Origin: Ascidiella aspersa
Lineage: Eukaryota
Direction: 5' to 3'
Assembly: GCA_963924565.1 (NCBI GenBank)
Contig: OZ004607.1
Coordinates: 27,962,001 to 28,026,000, forward strand
Length of the DNA: 64,000 nucleotides
Position numbers and translations under genes: made by a program. The notes under the pieces are model-generated. The model saw only the letters and a list, made by a program, of their open reading frames with translations, ran no database searches and was not told the DNA's origin. Positions 1-13,500 of the stretch are shown here, piece by piece; positions within the stretch are counted from its first letter, which is position 1; each line of letters starts with the position of its first letter.

Positions 1-481
1 TTATTTTTAATTGGAAGGAGACGAGAAGACTTACAATCCAGTAACATTAATATATCAGAGATAGTTCAACACTTAAAAGTCTTGACTTGATGCCATATAG
101 AATTTCACTGATAAAACTTATTTCCAAGTTATATTAAAAAATTTAGCTTTGAAGTTGTAAACCTTGTAAAGACTTAAAATATTTATTTCAAATCAACCTA
201 AACAAAGGGGTTTAATTTATATTGGCTTCCTCTAAAGAAATCTTTTTTTAGCGTTTTAATCTGTATATCTATCATGATAATTTTAGTGCCTATGTAAGAC
301 TCCGGTCAAAACAAATGTACGAAAGTTAGGCCTACCTTGTATTTTACGTATGAATACCTAATGATAGATTACAATTGATCAAGGAAACCCACATGTGGTA
401 TATAGGTAAGACATTTTTTACGGTGGGCCAGTACACTATACCCATTTCATAAAAAAACACCAATTTGCACAGCGCTAAACT

Positions 482-487
482 TTTATT
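482..487 (-). promoter_or_regulatory. Candidate polyadenylation signal (3' UTR about 0.9 kb)
   Basis: AATAAA on the minus strand followed by a GT/T-rich stretch; not confirmed. Confidence 0.4.
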
Positions 488-1374
488 GTACATTCCAGCC
501 CAATCACGACACTTGAAAAGGATTTGGTCTTAGATTGACCATAGCCGCACTTAACGCAACGAGATGGAAACTTATTGCACTTTAAACAACAAAACGCAAG
601 CTATAATAACGCACGGAAAGCGGGTTGTGCGACTACATATCAATTTAACCAAGCGTATTTACACTTCACTTACTGCATTTAATAACTTTAATGGAACTCC
701 GTTCGGCCTAGCGCTGCGCGTTTTTTTGAAATGCATGATTATGTGATATAAGATTTCTATTTGTACAGGAACGGTTCCGCTCCGCTGCACGGGGTGAGCG
801 ATGCGGAACGTGGGTCGTAGTCAGTTTTCGGTCATGGTCGTTGCCGGGTCAAGCAGGGGGGCACAAATAACGAATAAAACATAGACGAAAACATACTTTG
901 TGGGTAATGCACATGTCATAAAACAACAACGCGTATAAGCTACTCTTCTCTGGACTCTGCTACAGTGAACCACACGCACAAGGCACAACACAGGACACAA
1001 GAATATCGCTAAACGTGCAAATTACGTCTTTGGCTATTCGGATGGAACAGGGCGTTTAAATAAGCTACTCGCTACTGAAAGGTATAAAAAGTTGTGCGTC
1101 GCACTGTCAGCAAGTAAAAGTATTTCCAGTAATTCATCAAAAATGCAATTCAACTTCTATTAGGAGTTTTAAGTATAATTTTATTATTTTCTGGTAAGTC
1201 AGACGTTGCAACTCGGATAAAAAGACGAAGTTCAGTTTTGTTCGCAGGCCAAATCTTTTCCGAGGTTGCTGACAGTGGAAGACGCGGGCATTTACTCATG
1301 GTCGGGATTCGGGTTTCAATCGGTCGCCATTAGGTGAGTTAGGTAGATGAGGGTGATAAAAAACTAGGGGCTGC

Positions 1375-1560
1375 CTAACTCTCAATCACGCTCTCAGGGG
1401 CGTACTGGTTCTTGTATGCCGCAAGTGGGTCGTACTCGCAGTACGCGCATGCGCACGAGACAATGTAAGGCATGACGTGTGTTGACCTTGAGCCGTCCGG
1501 ACAGGTCAAGGTCACGTTGCGGGTTTCGACGTCGTCCGGCTTGCAGCAGTGACAGTTGGT
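1375..1560 (-). CDS. Last coding exon: C-terminal half of CTCK plus stop
   Basis: TNCHCCKPDDVETRNVTLTCPDGS...SCACAYC...ES*; AG acceptor, phase 0. Confidence 0.92.
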   Translation of the reverse strand, partial: TNCHCCKPDDVETRNVTLTCPDGSRSTHVMPYIVSCACAYCEYDPLAAYKNQYAPESVIES

Positions 1561-4500
1561 CTGTTAACAATTATCTGGCTTTTTAGTCAAAGTCAACCTG
1601 TTTTGAAAATTAAGAATTTTTAAGCAATAAGAAAAAAATGTATCTCATAATAAATCAAGTTGAGTAAGCTATGCACAAATCGCAAATGTGAGCTCGAATG
1701 AGTATACCAAAGCCAAATAGGTCTATCAAATCTACATCATCTTAATGAAGAAGTCGCGATACTTATAGTACTATACTGTACTTGTATCACTATACAACTG
1801 TTCCGACTGTTGAAGTATGTATTGAAACGTTTTCGTAAAAATGATGTCGATTCTCACCACGTATTTGACTTTTGGTATTCGTATTCAAGCTCATATTAGA
1901 GACAAGTGCACAGTGAACTTGATTTATTAAATTATGAGATTTTTTCTTTATTACTTAACAATTCCCAATAACTACATTTCACAAACCACCTTAGTTTATA
2001 CATATCAGCAGTTTATTCAACTTAACCACAATGTTACAAACCTGAACAAAGGGCGGTTCGGACATCAAGGTCACGTTGGACTTGCATTGACCTTGACAAG
2101 CCGTGAGGGGTACCTCTCCGTCGCTCACGCATTCCCCGACCTGGACCACGCTGTTCAAAACGACAGGTGAGCAGTTCGATTCCGGGCGTTTCACTGTGAA
2201 CATTGAGAATACGATAAACATTTACAAATAAATAATTTCAAGGCGGTAAAGTGTAACCGCTAAGCGGGCGAAAACAGGGTTGTGTAATTTTTTGTTGAAA
2301 GTTGGACACATTAGGGTTTTAATGACATTTTTAATGAAACTGGTTATTTAAACCCTAATATGTGCACAGAACTATTTTTTGTTCTTTCATGATCAGTTAC
2401 TTTCATTAAAAAACGACTTCCAAGTCACTGCTATTAACAGCTAAAATGTTGTTCGGTCAAAATGACCTGATAACCTGACTTCAAACTAAGTTTGATTGTT
2501 GAACGACAAATGTATATTTTTCATTGAATTGTCTTAGGATTTGCAAATGAAAAAGCATTACGAATATACCATCAACTTATTTTGTCCATTTCAAATGGGT
2601 AAAAACGAAAAAAAATATTTTAAGCCTAATAACTTAATTGGACATGAGCTTGGGTCAATCGATAAACGTACACTTGCAAATGTATTTTTGTATATTGCTC
2701 AAGCCATTAATTTGATAATAAAGTAGAGTTGAAAAAAGAGAGTGGAGCTTTCCTCGAGTATTCCCAAAAAAATATGTCAAACGAGAGGAAATGCAACAAT
2801 TTTTTTTTAAACTCACCGCAAGTAGGACAGCATTCTCCCTCGGCGTACTCAAGCACGTGTGTCGCGCTGTCGCATGTCGCCGCTTCGCATGTCGTTTTCG
2901 CGCAGCTTACGCCGACTGTCGCATTGACGCAGGTGCAGGTCACGCAGCTGTCCACCGACCACGTCTGGCCATATTCCTTGAACTCTCCCTCGTACTCGCA
3001 CACTAGAAGATATGAAATAATTTTCTTTTTTTAATCAAATCTTTCGAGTAAGCGTATTTGATTTACTTAACAGGAATGCATAAGTGCTGTACATTTAAGG
3101 TAGTGATTCTCAACCGGGTGCCATTTCTAATGCCCAAGGGTGCCGAGAGATATTTGAGAATCTTTAAAAATCTGATTTTTGATCAACTCTTACAACTTTT
3201 TGTGTAAGATTACAGTGCAATAAATTCAATTAAAACTTCCTACGTTTTGCAGAGTTGGTGTGTGTTGTTCCAGTTCTGTTTATTGTGACATTCTAATGAA
3301 TTACCTACAGAAAAATCTTGTATTGATGCCGCCATCTATTTATTATTTCTGAGGGGTGTCGCAAGCCACAAAAGGTTGAGAACCACTGATTTAAGAAAAA
3401 GAAAAAGCAGGCTCTCTTTACACAGATAACAGCTCGTCTTGTTTCGCTAATTTGTTTTACCTATATATCTATTTAAAACTTTCAATACATTTATTCACCT
3501 TCACGCTCAAATACCAGTGCGAGTTACAGCCTATATTTTTTATATATAAAAGTTAGGTGCAAATGTTGAACATAAACACGTACTACAATATTGACAAACT
3601 TTCATACAACCGCATTTTATCAAAATTAAACCTTAACATATGTCATTTAACAGTGCCACCTGATTTCGAGAATTAAACGAATATCAACAAAGACCTATTT
3701 TATATGAATAGTCTGACTAAAGCGCGTGCCATGTAGCCTTCATACTTTTAAAGAGCAAATGTACAACGCATTTTTCCGACCTGTATCAAAGCAAGACAAG
3801 CCTTTAATCTCGCCCAGCCTAATAAATAGTTTTCTAAACGACATTTTAGGTTTAAGACAACGCCAGGTACAGATATTAACAACGGCTTTCGCGTTTACCT
3901 TGCGGGACGCACTTGCAGCACTCGTCCGACTCAGGGTCGTCCATCAGCACTTCGCCTTCCGAGCACGAGTCCTGGGTGAGTCGGCAAACCTTCGAGCAGT
4001 CCTGGCTGTTGTCCTCGCATCGGCAAACCTCACACTCGCTCTCCCATATGTTGTCGGGCTAAAGATAAAACAAAACAACGGGTTAGACCCAAATGTTGCC
4101 GCCATCTAGGCCGAGGCCTTTTACGCATGCAACTTTTTATTCTGTGCCAAAAAGCAAGGTTAAAAAAATTGCCTAAGGTGAGGAATGGTGGCCTTTAGAT
4201 AAAGCAAAACGACAGGTTATAGACCGTTGTCATCATATAGTCCCAATGTTGCCGTCATATAGTCCTAGACCTTTTACTTTTATTCTGCTTTTATTCTGTG
4301 CCAAACAGCAAGGTTAGAAAAAGCTGGTCTACGGTGAGGAGTGAACATATATTAAGCCTTTCCGTCTTTCTATTTACCATATTAGTTGATAGCTGTTGCA
4401 GCATTGCAATTGTCAATAAAGCTTTGGTACCTAAGTTTTTATAGTGAACTATATACATTCCTGTTTGTATCTTTATGGTTTATTGACATTTTAATAAACT

Positions 4501-7500
4501 GATGAGACCCCTTCCCCGGGTGAATGATTTTTCTTCAATGTTGAAGTTTTCCAAGCATTATTACCGTAATTTTATTCAATGGTTGTATTCTATTCAATCA
4601 TGTGTTAATCTGAAAACTATGTTCTAAATTACACCAACAGTTATCCAAGCAAAATGTTACCCTACCGCTGGTCGATTGTAATCGACGCCATCAATGACGC
4701 AGTTCGACTCGACAGGAACGGTCGTGGTCGCGACACCAGATGGCGTTGTCGAGCCAGACTTGGTGGTCGTTTCGCCGCCAGATAGCGTAGTTGAGCTCAC
4801 CACCGATTTAGTAGTGGTTCGCGCCACACCGCCGCTAGTGGTTGACTGGTAGCTAGATTTGGTTGTTACGTGGCCTGAAGAGGTTGTGGTTTGGTCAACT
4901 GGTCCAGTGGTGGTTGGTGCGGTAGTTGTAGTGGTGATGGTCACGTTGTACGGTGCGCAGTAACAGCATGTGCCTGGAATGGTGTTAGAAATTTTTGATA
5001 ATTTGTCTTGACGTCTACTCCAATGCGTCGCGTGAATACAGCAACAAAAAATCAGCAGTTGTTTTTCCTGTATTATTTTGCATCGGTGATGTATAAGGTT
5101 TAAATTTCTCAACGATAAGTATAGTTCAACGCTATTCAACAGTGTGGAAGTAAGATCTATGCGAAAATAACTGTGAGACTTAATTTAACTACAAATTTAA
5201 TATAGACGCATTTTTCGTTACTGACTTAGGTTAGACTAATTGTGTTTAATTTTCAGTTGATCTGCACTTCCTTTGACTCAAGCAAGCGAATAAAACACAT
5301 CAATGCAGTCAGGTGTAATGCAGTGGGCATCAACATTTTGATTTAAGCCAGACAAATATAAAGACTACGGTGTTCCGCAGAAATTCCAATTCTGTATCGA
5401 AATTTGTAAATCGAAGGTTTTAGGGTTGGCTTTGGTGACCGTTAAAAAATTATAAGCCATACTTCATGATAGTATTCTCGTACCTGGTACTTCGATGAAA
5501 CGCTGACCGAGCTCGTCACAGGCCTCTTGTGTGAGTCGGCATCTGTCGCTCTCGCAGTGTTCCTGTCCATCGAGGCACTGGCAGTACATGCAGTCGCCCT
5601 TCCAGTAGTACTCGCCCTCCTACAAACAAATGTCGGTGACAATGTAAAGAAATGAACCAGCCATGGGACTCGAACTCATGGCCTGGACTTGATCGCAGTC
5701 TTTTAAAAAGGCACCTTTAAAAAAGATTTATCGCAAACGAAACTTTTTACGATGTCAGAAGTTTGCAACGTGGAATGCATTGTTTCTAAACAATCCTTCT
5801 GATTGAACTTGATATTTACAGCGACAAAAAGCGTGGTTATACAAATAGGTTAGAATACTGGGAAGCAATTTAACCATATGCACTCCTGGTCCCTTAATAT
5901 TAAAATTTTTCGAAAGGCTGGTCGGCTAGACTTCAAACTTTTGGACATTTTGTAAAGCGCACCACCAACGAAACATGAAAAAGAAAAAATGATAGATTTA
6001 GGAAATGTTAATCGTTTTTAGTCTCTTTCAGAATGTGTTTACATGTGGTATGCAAAGTTTTGATTTGTGTTTTAGTCAAAATTATTTCGCAGAGTGATCA
6101 ATTTGATTACACATTTCACCGAAAAAACGGTGAAATTGGTAGTAGCCTACACATAATCACATATGGTCCCACGGGAAGAGCTATCGAATCGAACACGAGA
6201 AAGGGACTGGTTAATTTCCAAGCTGCAACTCTGCCGTCACACTGGCAGCCCTTTTATCCTAACAATTTATAAGCTCTACCAGGCCAATGACAAAGTTAAG
6301 TTACCGTGAACGTCCTTCCGTCGTAGACACAGCTTCGGTCGCAGTCCTTCTCGTACTGAATGCACTTGCGAGTGGAGGCGTCCTTGATAGATCCAGACTC
6401 GCACCCACACAAGTCGCATTCATTCGCTGGCTCAGTACCGCAGCGCGAAGGAAGCTGCCCTGTAGCACAACAAATGCAACCCGTTTTAATAAAACCGCCA
6501 TCGTTTTAGTCATCAGGTATTTATTGGGTGATGTGGTATCTTTCCCGAAAAATCGCAGAGCGTAAATAGCCGTTTACACTATAGCTGCGCTGAGCTGGGC
6601 GTGAAATTATTTACACTACAGCTGAGCTGAGCTGGGCGTGAAATTGCGTTTGGACCATGGCTGCGTAATTAAAAAAGCAAATTTAGTTTCACGTTACGAT
6701 GTCAGTCGAGCAAAGCGTGAAAATCGCTCCAAGGCGTAACTTTTTGCCAGCTGCACGGAGCTTGAGTTTAGCAAAGCGTGAAACGCTCGCCACAATAGAA
6801 ATCAAACGCAAATCTCGGTTTGCTAAGCTCAGCGCAGCTGTATTGTAAACGGATCTAAGGCGATTCATATTTAGAATTCGACCGTGCAGAAAACCAATGA
6901 AGATTTTTTCTGTTAAATATCGTGCGAGCTAACATTAATTTTATGCAAATCAGAATACTGAATTCATTTATGCTGTTGCTTGCTAGACGGGTTTAAAAGA
7001 TTGGCGTACGACCTCGGATCTCGTAGCTCAGCTCCATGTTGCAATCATTACAGAAAATCTCACCAAAATGACGCTAAAGTGCTATACGATTGGTTTGTTG
7101 CAAGGATTTAAAGAAATTCTGAAACATAGGTAAGGCTAAACCAGGTCTCGTACTGTTTATAATAAATAGAGAGCATGTTTTATAGGAAATCATTTGTATG
7201 TTAATACTTGCCTTTACCGAGAATCTTCTGATTCTCGCATGTGACGAAACACTTGCAATCCCAGGAACAAGTTTTGTTAACCTCCTCGGTGGTCATTGAA
7301 ACGGTGGTGGTCACTTGGAGCTGCAAGTTTGGTTAAAAGTTTTGTTTACATTTTACCACCGAGAGTAATATGGGTTAAGGTAATATACACAATACATACC
7401 GTTGTGGTTTCGGCAATACTTGATGACGTTGTCACCACTTCTGAACGTGTGGTTCCGGTGGTGGTTGTTTCGCCGGCCTTTGAAGAGGTCGTTTCACCAA

Positions 7501-10500
7501 CCTTTCCAGTGGTGGTTGTTTCACCAGACTTTAGAGTGGTTGTTTCACCAGCCATTCCTGTAGTAGTTGTTTCACCAACAATTCCTGTAGTAGTTGTTTC
7601 ACCAACCATTCCAGTAGTGGTTGTTTCACCAGACTTTAGAGTGGTTGTTTCGCCAGCTATTCCGGTGGTGGTTGTTACACCAGCCTTAATAGTGGTAGTT
7701 TCGCCAGCCATTCCTGTAGTAGTTGTTTCACCAGCCATTCCAGTAGTGGTTGTTTCGCCAGCCTTTAGGGTGGTTGTTTCGCCATCCTTAAGGGTTGTTG
7801 TTTCGCCAGCCTTAAGGGTGGTTGTTTCGCCAGCCTTTGAAGTGGTCGTTTCACCAACCTTTCCAGTAGTGGTTGTTTCACCACCTTTGAGAGTGGTTGT
7901 TTCACCAGCCATTCCTGTAGTAGTTGTTTCACCAGCCATTCCAGTAGTGGTTGTTTCACCAGCCTTAAGGGTTGTTGTTTCGCCCGCCATTCCGGTTGTG
8001 GTTGTTTCGCCGGACTTCGAAGTGGTTGTTTCGCCGACCATTCCGGTGGTGGTTGTTTCACCAGCCATTCCAGTAGTGGTGGTTACACCAACGTTTCCTG
8101 TAGTGGTGGTTACACCAGCCTTAATAGTGGTGGTTTCGCCAGCCATTCCTGTAGTGGTTGTTTCGCCAGCCATTCCAGTAGTTGTGGTTACACCAATTAT
8201 TCCAGTAGTGGTTGTTTCACTAGATTTTGCAGTTGTTGTTTCACCAGTAGGTGTAGTTGTCTGAACCTCAGAGCGACAATAGCAACAGGTTTCTGGTAAA
8301 CGAACCAAAACCATTCCCTAAAATAGTACAAAAATTAATGTTAATGTAGTACTAATGGAGTGGTGGAAATCATTTCACAAACATAAGATATACCTTATCG
8401 CAAGTCAAAGTGCATTGCGTTTTGCATTCATAGGAGTTGTTGATACATGTACACACTTGGCAAGAGCTATGTTGTGTAATTTCAGTTCCTTCCTAAAATC
8501 AAGAAAGGTAAAGCTTTAGTTACCTTAAATTATTTGAAGGTATTTTTGAACCAGGAACTGAGTTGTTGCATATGTAGAAAAACAGGCGAAAGATGTGCGT
8601 TGGTTGGCAACAATTTATATTTTCGTTGAACACCGTAACTATAAAGCTAAAACATAATATGTACGGAGACTCACGATACAAATCGGCGTGGTTGTTTCGG
8701 GGCCTAATGTTGTGGTCATTCCAGAAGTAGAGCTACTCAGCATGCCGCCGCTCGTTGTGGTACCCATGGCCAAGGTTGTGGTGGTAACTTGTGGTCCGGT
8801 GGTGGTGGTAACTGCTGCACAACTTTCGGTTGTTGGAGCAAGGGCGCATCGTCCGTTGACATGAATGGCAGAGCTAATCACAAAACATAGTAAATATTTT
8901 TTCTATGTTTTAGAGGTATACTGTTTGCCGTATTAATGCGCACTAATTTTGGCTATTTTGCATTTATACCACGATAATTTACGAAAGCGATACTTGTGAT
9001 TACAGATAATGCTGACATTCTAGTTGTAAATCGCAAGTAGTTACCTATCTGCACATTGACAGTAGACGTTGCATCCTTCCATATGCTGACAATCGTTTTG
9101 TTCGCCTTTGCAGCCTAACAGACAAGAACATTCCTCCGGGCAAACGTAGTTAGTAGTAGTGGTTTGAATAGCAGGGGTAGTTGTAGTGTCGGCCATGCCA
9201 GAGGTGGTGGTGACCCCAGCCATTCCGGTGGAAGTTGTTTCACCAGCCTTTGAAGTCGTTGTTTGAACGGCTTTGGGAGTGGTTGTTTCACCAACCATTC
9301 CGGTGGTTGTTGTTTCACCAGCCTTAAGAGTGGTCGTTTCACCAGCCATTCCGGTAGTGGTTGTTTCACCAGCCATTCCGGTAGTGGTTGTTTCACCAGC
9401 CATTCCAGTAGTAGTCGTTTCACCGGCCATTCCGGTAGTGGTTGTTTCACCAGCTATTCTAGTAGTGGTTGTTTCACCAGCCATTCCGGTAGTGGTTGTT
9501 TCACCAGCCATTCCAGTAGTGGTCGTTTCACCAGCCCTAATAGTGGTTGTTTCACCAGCCTTAATAGTGGTCGTTTCACCAGCCTTTAGAGTGGTTGTTT
9601 CACCAGCCATTCCAGTAGTGGTCGTTTTACCAGCCTTGGTTGTTTCACCAGCCATTCCAGTAGTGGTCGTTTCACCAGACTTAATAGTAGTCGTTTTGCC
9701 AGCCTTAATAGTGGTTGTTTCACCAGCCATTCCAGTAGTGGTCGTTTCACCAGCCTTAAGAGTGGTTGTTTCACCAGCCATTCCAGTAGTGGTCGTTTCA
9801 CCAGCCTTTAGAGTGGTTGTTTCACCAGCCATTCCAGTAGTGGTCGTTTCACCCGCCTTAAGAGTGGTTGTTTCACCAGCCATTCCAGTAGTGGTCGTTT
9901 CACCAGCCTTTATAGTGGTTGTTTCTCCAGCCATTTCAGTAGTGGTCGTTTCACCAGCCCTAACAGTGGTTGTTTCACCAGCCATTCCAGTAGTTGTTGT
10001 TTCACCAGCAATACCAGATGTGGTGGTTTCGACCGACACAACGGTGGTTGTCGCAACGGGTCCCTTGGTGGTTTGAACGATGGTTGTGGTAGTCGTGACG
10101 ACATTTTCAGATATGCACCTAGATTAAATAATGACGTTTTATTTTTAACAATTTATTTAAAGTTTGGAATCACAAAAATCTACGATTTAATATCGGTAGG
10201 CCGATTGGGCTTTTTACCAACACAAAGTAGTACGGCTACGTATTGCCAGTAAAAAAGGTTTCCTCACTTGCAACAAACGTCGTCTGTGTTGAGCAGAATC
10301 TTGTTTTCGGCTCGACAAATCTCCTCAGTCAATGCGCAGAAAGGAACGCAAATTTCCCGGTAGAGACCTTCCTCGTAGTAGCAGACGCACGCCTCGCAGT
10401 CGCCGCGAATGTAAGTCTCGTTCACCTGCAAGTCCATAGAGATTGAAAAGATTGAACGGACTAAAAATTAGGCGATTTTATTATCTGCCAAAAAACTTCT

Positions 10501-13500
10501 TTTGGGAGCCCCCTTTTGTTTACCAAACCACAATTTTGGATATTTTAAGTCAGTGCTTTTCAACAGAGTGTACCAAAATTCTTAGGGTGTACCACATTAA
10601 CGAGGTGAAGTGGGGTGTACAAGATTTCACATTACAATAAGCCTATGAGCGGGTATCATAATAAGTAAATAGGTTTATTACCAGTCTGACTGGAGTGTAC
10701 AACACATGGCACAACATGTAGTTAGGCGTGGGTAGCTTATAAAATACTATATTCTATCTGTAACATCATAACCAAACATTTCCCTTGAATCGTTATTGTA
10801 CTAGCTAGTTCTTCATAATAGTTAATAGATTTCAGTACAGCAGGGTGTATGTTTCTTTAAGTTTACTGCATTGCGTGTACTGGAGTGTATAATTTCTTCA
10901 GTAAACATAAAAGTGAGTACTGTTTTACAAAATGTTGACAACCACTGTTTTAAATACCTATATTTTGAAGTTTTACATTTATATGATTGCTATTTTTTAT
11001 ATGCTGTCAAAAAGTAAAACTGTGGCAAGATAACACAGTATTTGGTTTCAAATAGTAGCGGATTCTCGTGAGCCGCAAGCTATTTTTGTACTTTGAAGGA
11101 AGAAAAAATACGAAATCCAATTCCGTTGCCCAAACGTTCAGAAGATGAAAAAACGCAAAAAATCCTGAAACTGGACGAGAGTTGTGATTAAGGTATATTT
11201 TCCATGTGTATTAGTACGGAGTGACCACCATTTGCCAATGGAGCGCATAATCTCACCGGGTATATCTCGTCTCCCACTCGACACGGCTCGGCACAAGGAG
11301 TCTCGAAGTGCAAACACATACTGGTGTTCCACATAACCGTGTCCTTGATGCTGCCCGATGGACACGCGCAATCTCCACATGTTTCGTCCTTTTGGAAAGG
11401 AGGCGATGATCCTGGTACGTATTCGTTCTGTGATGTTGGAAGAGGAATGTGGGTTACTAATAGACATATAGGGTTTATTCGAAACCAGTATGAGATCTTC
11501 TAGATTCTAGACCAGTGTTCTCCTATGCTGTAAAACCGACAAAGTTATCCGGTATTACTCAGATTGCATTCCCTTGGCTTATTGAATTATTGCATTATTG
11601 CAGTGAAATGGTCTTCAACTAAAAAGGTTAAAAAAAATATTTTTTGTGGTTTGAAACGACGACGGATTTTTTACACTTTAAACAACTGACCAAATTTGTT
11701 TAACGATATGTTGTTATCAAAATGGAAAACGGTCAAGTATAGCATTTCGATGTCCATAAATGGCTAAAAAACATTTTTAAATAGTGCGCCAAAATACATT
11801 AGGTTATATGTTTAAAAAAATAATAATATTGCAAAGTGTAAAATTAGTTTACAATCGATCAAATTATTTTAAAACTATCTTAATCACGATATCATAATTA
11901 TAAAAAGAGAGACGCAAACGACACTACTTCAACTAGTTTAACTTAGAATTCACTTTGTGTTTTTCAAACATTTGTTGGCTAAGTAAATCAGTTAGGCCCT
12001 TGAGTCGATTACGTCTGACTCAAAAAGTTTAACAATTTATCCAAAATTATGAATTTACATCTAAACATTTACCTGCTGGACACATGTGACGTATTCTGTG
12101 CACTTGTCGGGGCAGAGTGGTCCAGATGGGGTGGTGGTTGCAACCATTCTGGTGGTGCTTGGTGGTTGCGTGGAAGTTGTAGTTGGCGCCGCTTCGCAAT
12201 GGCAGCAAACGTCATCGCCAGATACGAAAATCATGCCCTTCTGTAATTCGAATGAAAGAAATTTTAATGTTTTTCTGGAATTTCTTTCAATTAAAAAAAT
12301 CGTGTCAGGTAATATTTTAAATGCTTACAAAAATGTATAAGTTAATTTTGGAAAACAGTGACTATTGTCAACCCTGACCATGATTGTATAATACAGGATT
12401 TTCTCGGCTTACAGGTTGCGATAAACAGGACATGTGGACACACCCATTGTAAGAACATATTACTGCATTGCTTGTGATTATACATATTACAAAACATTAA
12501 AAAACGAAGAATATAATTGTAATGCTGTTGTTTCAAAGACAAAAAGAAACCAGGCAAGGAAGGTAGGAAAAGTGGTTCTCGCAAACCGACAAGGAAATCT
12601 GTCAAGAAAAATATTTTTTAAATAAGTCCCCGAATCAACAAGCACGGGTTCGAATCCCACTCACGGAGGTGCAGTCGTACGACATCAGGTTGCACTTCTC
12701 GTAGCAGCGAGTGGTCGGCGATCCGTCTACCATCTCGCACGCGCACTCTTCGCACGTGCCCTGGGGGAACTTGCTGCCAACTGGGAAGGTCTCCCCGTTC
12801 ACCACACAATCGTCGCACGATTCGGGATAGTGCAAGCACATTCCAGTTTCCCATGCCTCGTCTGCCATACAAAGCATTGGTGTTATACGATATTTGTAAA
12901 TCGTCATTTGTAGGGCAACCGTCAGAAGTCAAAATCGGGTGTTTCAACAAATGGCGAATCTTATAACACTTACAGACTCGTCGCAAAATGGAAAAGTTAT
13001 TTCTCAGGTTTAAAACTAACTTCTCATCTACTCAAGCCAGGTCCATTTGAAGTCATTGCCACGATAGGACAAGTCCAAGTCAAGTCATTTCGCTAAGAAA
13101 AATTCTCGATTTAAACCAAAAGAAAGTTAACTCTTAGTTCATATAAGTTCATTTTGACAGGGAAACATGTGCACATTGAGTCATTTGCAATGTAGGTTGA
13201 GGCCCATGTTAATTTGTTTTTAACCAATAGCTAGTCAATTTCCATTCCACGTTGTCTGACTCAGCAAGCTAAAATTAAGCCATGGCAATCACCGTGTAAG
13301 TGGTGGACTAGTGATTCGTTAACTTACAACACTAAAGACTGTAATAATGATACAGTTTTACCTTCCAATTGGAATAAACATAATAGCCCGTTCTACGATT
13401 CATTAAAATAGACAAAAGTAGTACCTCTTGTGGATCGGGCGGGGCAGGGACAGTCCATGCACAAGAAAGGATCGCTGCCGATAGCGAACGATGGAATCTC

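Noticed and set aside
564-746. 60-aa plus-strand ORF
   Set aside because: No recognisable motif; lies antisense to the likely 3' UTR
8493-8674. Possible extra exon near 8524-8640
   Set aside because: Would need introns of about 30 nt; exons 8675 and 8492 join cleanly in phase 0
7296-10076. Long plus-strand Val-rich ORFs (also 24639-25805, 44584-45870, 47046-47858)
   Set aside because: Antisense shadows of ACN Thr-codon repeats; splice signals and domains are all on the minus strand
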